From contig JBBPEB010000034.1 of the NCBI GenBank assembly GCA_039096225.1, positions 806,001 to 870,000 of the forward strand: DNA of 64,000 bases, read 5' to 3'. This document shows, one piece after another, positions 55,992 through 64,000 of this stretch. This DNA is from Blastocystis sp. Blastoise (taxonomy: Eukaryota; Protista; Bigyra: Opalinata). The position numbers and the translations under genes were made by a program. The notes beneath the pieces are model-generated. The model saw only the letters and a program-made list of their open reading frames with translations, searched no databases and was not told the origin of the DNA. The first letter of the stretch is position 1; each line of letters opens with the position of its first letter.

Positions 55992-56863
55992 ACATTTTTA
56001 ATAAAAAATAAAATTGATAATAACAATATAATGTTAAAAAAAAAATAATAATAATATAAAAATCATATATATATATATACAACAGCTGTTCCTGAAGTAG
56101 AGACAGTATATAATTGATATTGATTTGAACGTATATCATAACCAGCATATAATACCGATATACCTAAGGGTCTTAAGGATCCATAACAAGTAAATTGATG
56201 AGCAAAACTAGCCATCATTTGAGATAAAACCTATTATTTAAAAGAAATAGAAGATTATATATATAATAATAATATATATATAATAATAATAACAAAAAAT
56301 TAATAATAAAATAATAAAAATAAAAATAATAAAAAAAATAATAAAACACAATAATTACTTTAGGAGGAACTTCTTCACCAAATTGAGTTTTAAAGTTTGT
56401 AGCATGTTTTCGGGTCATTTCTACAAAATAACGACCATCTGCAGTATATCCACCAACAACCTAAATAATATAATTAGATATAAAAAAAAAAAACATAAGA
56501 AGAATAATAAAAAATGAAATATAAAAAATAGACATCCAATGAATCATGTAAATTAAAAATTAAAAAATAAATAATAGTATAATAATTTTAAAAAAAACTC
56601 ACATACAGCACCAATATGGTCTGTAACTAAGTGAACATGTCTGTCAGAACCTTCAATAACAAAAGGAGAATTAAGAACCTTTTCAATACCGATAACAACA
56701 CCATCTTTACAATTAATACCTACACAAGTTGAAGCTTCCATAACAGCTTTTGAAGCATATTCAACTTGAAATATTCTACCTTCAGGAGAATATGTGGTAG
56801 TAGACATATCATACTATACAATTAGTATAATTAACATATACAACTTACTCCAGATCCACTCAT
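55573..56863 (-). CDS. PSMA3: 20S proteasome subunit alpha type-3 (alpha7)
   Basis: MSGSG|YDMSTTTYSPEGRIFQVEYASKAV..GINCKDGVVIGIEK, YGSLRPLG, GKGRQA, ELVQWAK and an acidic tail. Confidence 0.93.
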
Positions 56864-57105
56864 TTACTTGATTATATATACGAATAATAAAAATAAAGTA
56901 CTTTAAAAGTAGTTTAATATATTTGGAAAAAAAGAAAAAATAAAAAGAAGATAAAAATTCCCGTGGGAGAAGCTTATATGTTTAGTGATTTCTATCCTTA
57001 TTATATATTTCATAATAAAATAAGGAGGACCTATTTATAGATCTAAATGTATATCATCGTTTTGATACACAAAACAATTTTTTTTAAATTTTTTGTTCTT
57101 TTATA

Positions 57106-58828
57106 ATGGATAGTTCTTCTGAAAGTGTGAAAGAAAGCAAAAAAACTTTTGTATTTCTTTTCTTCTATATATAAATGATGATTTTTATTTCTTTTATATA
57201 TAGAATGCTGATGCTCCTTGCTTTACTCCTTCTACAAAACCTTCAATTAATAAATACAAATATGAGAGATCTATGTACATATATTGTTTTATCAAAAATA
57301 TTCTATTTCCAAATCAATTACTTTTTTATTTGTTTTCATATAGAAGTTATAATAAAGATTTTAAAACTAAGAGACCTCGATCTAAATCTATGCAAGTTGA
57401 ATTTGAACCCAGAGCTAAACCTGTAGTAAATACATATTTTTTATTATTATTTTTATGAGTATTAAAGTTATCATTCTTGTCATAATTATATCTAAAATCA
57501 GATATATAATTTGTAAATAGGTGTATCGTGTTAAAGTTTCTAATTTAAGTCCCAAATCAAATAAAACAGAATTAGCTAATTTTTTTAAATCTAAATTTTC
57601 TGATGTCAAATCAACTGATTTTCAACCTCGATATTCAGAACATGGAAATATGTTTGGGTATATTATTTATTTTTATTTATTTTTTATATACATTTATTAT
57701 TATTTTATAAATTAATTTATGATTCTATATATAGTTTTATTGTATTTGAAAGTGAAGATAGTATGAATCAATGCTTATTATTGGATGGAACACAATTAAA
57801 TAATGATATATTTAAAATAGAGAAATCTATGGATAAAGCTGGTGTTCCTACATCTGTATATTTATATTATTATATTTATTATTAATATATATAGACTACT
57901 ATTATTATAACGAATGTTCCATCAGAAGTTTGTGAAGGAGATATTGTGAATTATGTTGTATATATATTATATTATATATTATATTATATATTATATTATA
58001 TATTATATATTATATATATATAGAATACACATAATACTAAACCTTTATTTATCACTTTATATACTCCAAGAGAAACATATATGTCTCGATCTTTATATAT
58101 GCAATATACTAATATGGAAGAAGCAGGAAAAGTATATTTATATTATTTATTATTTATTATTTATTTATTATTTATTATATTATTTATTATTTATTATTTA
58201 TTATTATATATATTTATTATTATATATCTTTTTTGACTTCTTTGAATAGTTGATTTATAATTATATATATATATATATATAGGCTTATGGTAATTTAGTG
58301 AATACAACCTGGTCTGGAGTGACTGTTAATTTAATATATAAGAAGAGAGATGATAGTAGAGAAACTGGACCTCTTTCTAGTACATATATATATATATATA
58401 TATTAATAAATATTATAATGATATTATTCTATATAGAGACTATATATTTAAATAAAGTAGCTCAAGAAATATGGGAACAATTATATGCATATAAACAGAA
58501 TTATTATAAATTATTACATACTAATGCTCCTCCTGTATTATTATTTCCTTTTAATTTATCTACGTATATATATATAGTCATATTTATATATATATATTTA
58601 TTTATATTTATTAAATTCCATATTATTTTTTATTAACAATAATATATATATACTATATAATAGATTATTAATTATAAATATTACTTTTCTAGTTTTGAGA
58701 AAGCTTGTGTATATACATTTACAGAGAAATTGTCATTATGTCATGCAGTCCAAGGTACTATAGATAAGCATATAATAGTATCTTCAGCACCTCCTAAGTT
58801 ACCAGGACAAGAAGAGAAAACAGAGACT

Positions 58829-58881
<53 letters not shown>

Positions 58882-59409
58882 TAATAATAATAATAATAAT
58901 GGTAGTGTTAGTAATCATAGTACTCCTAGTCCGAAACCAGAAGGTATTAAACCTAGAAAAAATAGTATGATTTCTATTCCTTTATCACCTCTACCTGATG
59001 AAGATGATGTATATATATTTATTATTATATATTATTATTTAAATTCATATTATCATTATTATGTTAATTTTCATATTTATTATTATTATGTTTATATTCA
59101 TAATTATTATTATTAATATATATATTTATATATATAGGATGTTCCTGTTTCAAAACCTACATTGGGACGTGTTACAAATGCTTATAAACCAAATCAACCA
59201 AGAAGATTAAGGTATATATATATATAAAGTAGTTATTATTATTCAATTAATTATATTTATTATATTATAAAATAATAATAATATATATATATAGAGCTCA
59301 TTCTGTGCCTACATTAAATTCAACTACTTCTTATTCTGTATCCAGAGGTCCAAAAGGACAAGAAAAAGGATTTACTAAACAACGTACTGTAAAGTGTCCT
59401 TTAAAGTAA
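57106..59409 (+). CDS. RNA-binding protein: PAM2-like motif, two RRMs, R3H-like domain, SUZ-C-like C-terminus
   Basis: F|NADAPCFTP (PAM2-like). RRM1 VKVSNLS..FG|FIVFESEDS..LDGTQL. RRM2 IIITNVP..MQYTNMEEAGK|AY..L. R3H-like LLFPFNLST|FEKACVYTFTEKLSLCHAVQG..IIVS. C-terminal SRGPKGQEKGF. Confidence 0.75.
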
Positions 59410-60010
59410 AATATATATTCTTTATTTATATTCAATAAATATATATATATATAAACTTCTTTCTTTCTTTTCTAATTCTTTTTTATTATATATATATATT
59501 CTATTTTAAATAATTCTTTTTCATCTTCTTTAATGTTTATTGCTCTATGCTATATGTTTATATATTATACTACATTTATTTTCCTTATTTGTTGTTATTG
59601 TTGTATTTGGTTTATGTATACTAGAATTCCTTATTTATATATCGTTACTTGTTAAAGAATTATTCCTTTTTTACAATTTATTATTCAATATAACGAATGT
59701 TTACATTATTTATTGAACTTTGAATATAATTCCATTTTTTTTTTAGGTAAAACTGAAAGCAAATATATATATATATATATTCAAACAATAAAATAATATT
59801 TAAATTATATAAAATATTAAAAAAAGAATAGATAAAAAATATACTCGTATTATCAATCAATAAAAACAATTGATAAATAGCCAATTTATATGAAATAGTA
59901 TAAAAAATGAAATAATAATAAATATAAAATTTTCAAAATTAATTAAAAATATAAGAAATTATAAAGATTAAAACATTATATATATATATATTGTTTATTT
60001 CGTTCATAAT

Positions 60011-60829
60011 TTACTTTCTCTTTCTTAAATTTTCATCTTCTTTTTTCTCATCCATAGAAATAGTTTTTATTTCTTCTTCTTTTTCTTCTTCTTCTTTTTC
60101 TTCTTCTTTTTCTTTTTCTTCCTTTGGAGAATCCATTTTCTTTTCTTCTTCTTCAATTTGTTTCTTTTGTTGTTCTATTTTCTCTTTATATAATAATAAT
60201 AAAATAATAATGTAATATAATAATATAATAATAATATAATAATAATAATATAATAATAATATAATAATAATAATATAATAATAATATAATAATAATATAA
60301 TAATAATATAATAATAATATAATATAATAACAAAAAAACATATATATATACTTTCTTTAAGCATCATAAGTTTTTCTTCTTTAAGAGATTTATATAATGT
60401 AACAGCAATAGTAAATGTAAATAAAAGACATTGAATACAGCAAATGATTAGAATAGGTACAGACCAAAGAATTGTAACAAATAAACCACTTTCATCAAAA
60501 TAATCTTGAGACGAAAAATGTTGCCAATTCTCATGAGCAAAGTTATTCAAATATTTAGAACCAAAAATAGCTACACTTTCTAAAACTAAAGCACAAAATT
60601 GGAATGTAATATTCTTTTTGAATAAAATAACTAACAGTAACCAAATAGCATAAAAAGAAAATAATATTTTGATATATGTATCGGACCAAGTAACTGAACT
60701 AACGAATACATCACAAAAAGTATGGAATTCATCTTTTAATGAACTGAATTCACTTGTAACGTTGGTAATAAGTGTCTATTCAATCAATAAATTGATATAT
60801 TCATATCTAATACATACAGAAAAATCCAT
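60011..60829 (-). CDS. TMEM18: Transmembrane protein 18 family
   Basis: YLNNFAHENWQHFSSQDYFDESGLFVTILWSVP matches the TMEM18 signature (N..A..NW..FS...YFD..G.F.....S.P). Charged C-terminal tail, 3 exons. Confidence 0.88.
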
Positions 60830-61068
60830 ATTTGTCGAATAAAAGGATAATGAATGATTATAAAAAACAACTACTGATAGTTTTCAGTGATTTTAAATCC
60901 TGAAATTCATTTTCATATTCATTTCTAAACACAATTTTTTTGTTTTTCCCAAGAAAATAAGAAAACTGAATAAATCTGAATTTTGTTGAAAAATGTAGTT
61001 ATTGAATAAAACGATTTTTCTTGTCTATACAAAGATTCTCTTCGATACTATTAGTTCAATTGACAGAT

Positions 61069-61761
61069 ATGTCTGAATATAATATTCCTTATCCTTGGGT
61101 TGAAACACTGAGTAAATCAAAGAATGCATACTATTATTTTAATATAAAAACTAAATTTACTTGTTGGAAAGTCGAAAATCAGAATGGTTGGGGATGGTTT
61201 ATAAAAAAAGATAACAATAAATACTATTTAAATATATCAAATGGTAAATCATATACTGAAAAAGAATATTTAGATGAACTTGAAGGTATTTTTTATTTAT
61301 ATTATGTGTTTTTATTTGTTATATTTTATTTTATTTGTTATATTTTATTTTATTTGTTATATTTTAGTTTATTATGTTATTTTTTTTATATTTTAAATAT
61401 TTTAAATATTTTATTATTTAATAATATATTTTGTTATTATAGTTGAAAAAGTGGCAAGCCATTATAATAAGCGTGAAGATACAAAAGCAATAGAAAGAGA
61501 GCAATCGGATATTTTTCATTTAAGAAATTTAAATAATTGGATTAAATCTTGTGCTATTATTCAATATTTTCCATTACACGGTATGAAAGTAATTGATTTT
61601 GCTTGTGGTAAAGGAGGAGATTTGAAAAAATGGACAGAACAACATATTCATGATTATGTTGGTATTGATATAGCTGCGTCATCTGTAACAGAAGCAATGA
61701 ATCGATATAAAAAAATGAAATTACCTTTTACAGCAAGGTAAATAAATTATACTATTTTATT

Positions 61762-61799
<38 letters not shown>

Positions 61800-62636
61800 A
61801 TATATATATTATATATATAGATTTATGTCAGCTGATTTGGGAAAAGTTGATTTAAATCCAATTTTTAATAATGTATATATATATAATAATAATATAATGT
61901 AGTATATTATATAGGAATTATTTGATTGTGTTAGTTGTCAATTTGCTTTTCATTATTTCTTTCAATCTGAAGTATATATTGAATTATTATTATATTTATA
62001 TTGATTATTATATTTATGTTTGTTTAATACTTGTTATTTGTCGATATATTATAATTATAATGATTATTATTATTTATTTATATATTATTTATCATTATTA
62101 TATATTATTATAGTCTCGTTTAGATACAGCTCTTCACAGTATTAGTGGTTTGTTAGCCGAAGGAGGGATCTTCATCTGCACACTCAGTGACGGGAATAGT
62201 GTTTCACGACTGTTACGAGGATATGGTAAAACAGAAGAAAATAAACGTGTTTGGAAAAATTCAATATGTAAAATTGAAATGAATCTAGATCAATATTCAC
62301 GATTATATAATAATAAAAATGATCCTTACGGAATATCCTATGATTTCACTTTATCTGTATAATATATATATATATTTAATTATTTATTTATTGAGTATTA
62401 AAATAATTATATTAATTATTTAGGGTGTTGTTGAAGAATGTACAGAATATATAACATTCCCCGCGGTTATGGAGCAAAAAGCAAAAGAAAATGATTTAGA
62501 AGTTTTGTATTATAAGAATTGTCAAATATTTGCTGATGAATGTATACGTGATGATAGATATAGATCATTATGTAGAACAATGTATGTATTTAATAATCAA
62601 GGGAAAATCACTGATGATGAATGGGAGTCTTGTCAA

Positions 62637-62680
<44 letters not shown>

Positions 62681-62846
62681 ACATTATCTATTCAATATCT
62701 TTTTATTCATCATATATGTATATATTTTTCTATAGGTATATAATGTGATGATATTAAAGAAGAAAGGTATATTTAAAGGTTATAATAATGATATTCGTGG
62801 AAAACCATCAAATGAAATTAAAGAAACGGATATTCAACATTATTAA
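61069..62846 (+). CDS. RNMT: mRNA cap guanine-N7 methyltransferase (RNMT/Abd1) with N-terminal WW domain(s)
   Basis: VASHYN..REQSDIFHLRNLNNWIKS..VIDFACGKGGDLKKW..YVGIDIA..S...A..RY, FDCVSCQFAFHYFFQSE, YGISYDFTL and ECTEYI. N-terminal IPYPWVETLSKSKNAYYYFNIKTKFTCW. Confidence 0.93.
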
Positions 62847-63238
62847 TATATATATATATATATATGTATTTATATATATGTTGAAAAAACTAAATAATGT
62901 ATAAAATATGTTTTTATATTTATTATTCTTAACGATAAACAATATATACACAAAGTCTAATAATTAAATATATTATTCAAATTATACTACAAATATTATC
63001 GACTAAATGTAAAACATAATTTAATTATTATAAAATCTATTTTAACTATTTTTTATAACTGTATATAACTACTAAACAAGTAAAAAAAATAAATGTTTAT
63101 AGTTCTTAATATATATACAATGAAAGCAAGGACATAATAAAAAAATAGCTATAATGAAATTATCAATATATATATAAATAATAATAAATTAAAACAATTT
63201 ATAATTAATAAAAAATACTATACTATACTATATATATA

Positions 63239-63741
63239 TTAGTTGTTATTATTGTTATCAAAATCGATATATTGAAGAGAAGGTATTAATTGTTGTAATT
63301 CAGACAAATTAAGAATAGATCTGATTTCTTCTGGAACATTATATACTATATATATAATATAAAACATATAAAATATATAAAATATACAAATAAATCGAAT
63401 AATTTGAAGTTTATCAAAATGACAAGGTAATAATAACTTTTTAAATTGATTCATCCAGTCTGAATCAATCTGAAAAATTTGAAGATCTAATACTTTTGTA
63501 TTTTTATATATATTACGCTCAATCTCAACTAAAATATCATTTTTATAAGAACCTTCTATTCCTATATGTTATATATATTATAATAATATATAGAATATCA
63601 AATAATACATAGAATATATAATTTATATATATATATATAGATATATACTACATATAGATATATTATGGCAAGTTGAAGGTAAAGGAGACATTAACGATAA
63701 ACCAACGTGTATCTGACGATAATAACTTGTATACTTTGTAT

Positions 63742-63798
<57 letters not shown>

Positions 63799-64000
63799 AA
63801 AATAATAATAATAATAATAATAATATATCACATAAATATATATATATACTCTCTAATACAATTTGTTGAAGATTTGCCATAGTTAAATCATCAATATATA
63901 ATGGTTTACATAAATTATTTCTAAATTTTAATTTCTTTCCACCTATATATATATAAATATAATAATAAGTAATAATAATTAATAATAATAAATGTAAATA
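63239..64000 (-). CDS. 3' end of a hypothetical LRR-like protein (partial)
   Basis: Exons giving NLQQIVLE, NTKVLDLQ, HFDKLQIIRF and IPSLQYIDF. Stop TAA at 63239-63241. Confidence 0.55.

Overview
Very AT-rich (roughly 20% GC, estimated by eye) eukaryotic nuclear DNA using the standard genetic code. It has dense, short GT-AG introns whose ends are typically GTATATAT...ATATATAG. The gene content and intron style resemble a low-GC Blastocystis-type gut protist (inference, not provable here). The ORF track is mostly exon fragments and microsatellite read-through, so I built gene models by hand from splice sites and reading phase. The left ~43 kb is an accessory-like, ubiquitin-system-rich block. 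It holds four copies of a BTB-like/LRR-like family (one intact, one intact but cut by the window edge, two pseudogenes), a BTB-TLDc gene, a UBR1-type E3 ligase with a 1-nt frameshift in its UBR box, and a giant (~5,350 aa) midasin-derived gene. That giant gene joins 15 tiny 5' exons (two ubiquitin-like domains) in frame to one 14.5-kb intron-free exon (six AAA+ modules, three VWA-type domains). After a hypothetical gene and a ~3-kb near gene-free, ~90% AT interval, the right part is a compact housekeeping block: ML/NPC2 lipid-binding protein, LRR protein, LIN37-like, 7TM receptor-like, tRNA-Arg(ACG), proteasome alpha7, a PAM2-RRM-R3H protein, TMEM18 and a WW-fused mRNA cap N7-methyltransferase. 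The most notable observations are the giant Ubl-AAA6-VWA3 protein and introns that consist only of GT(AT)nAG.
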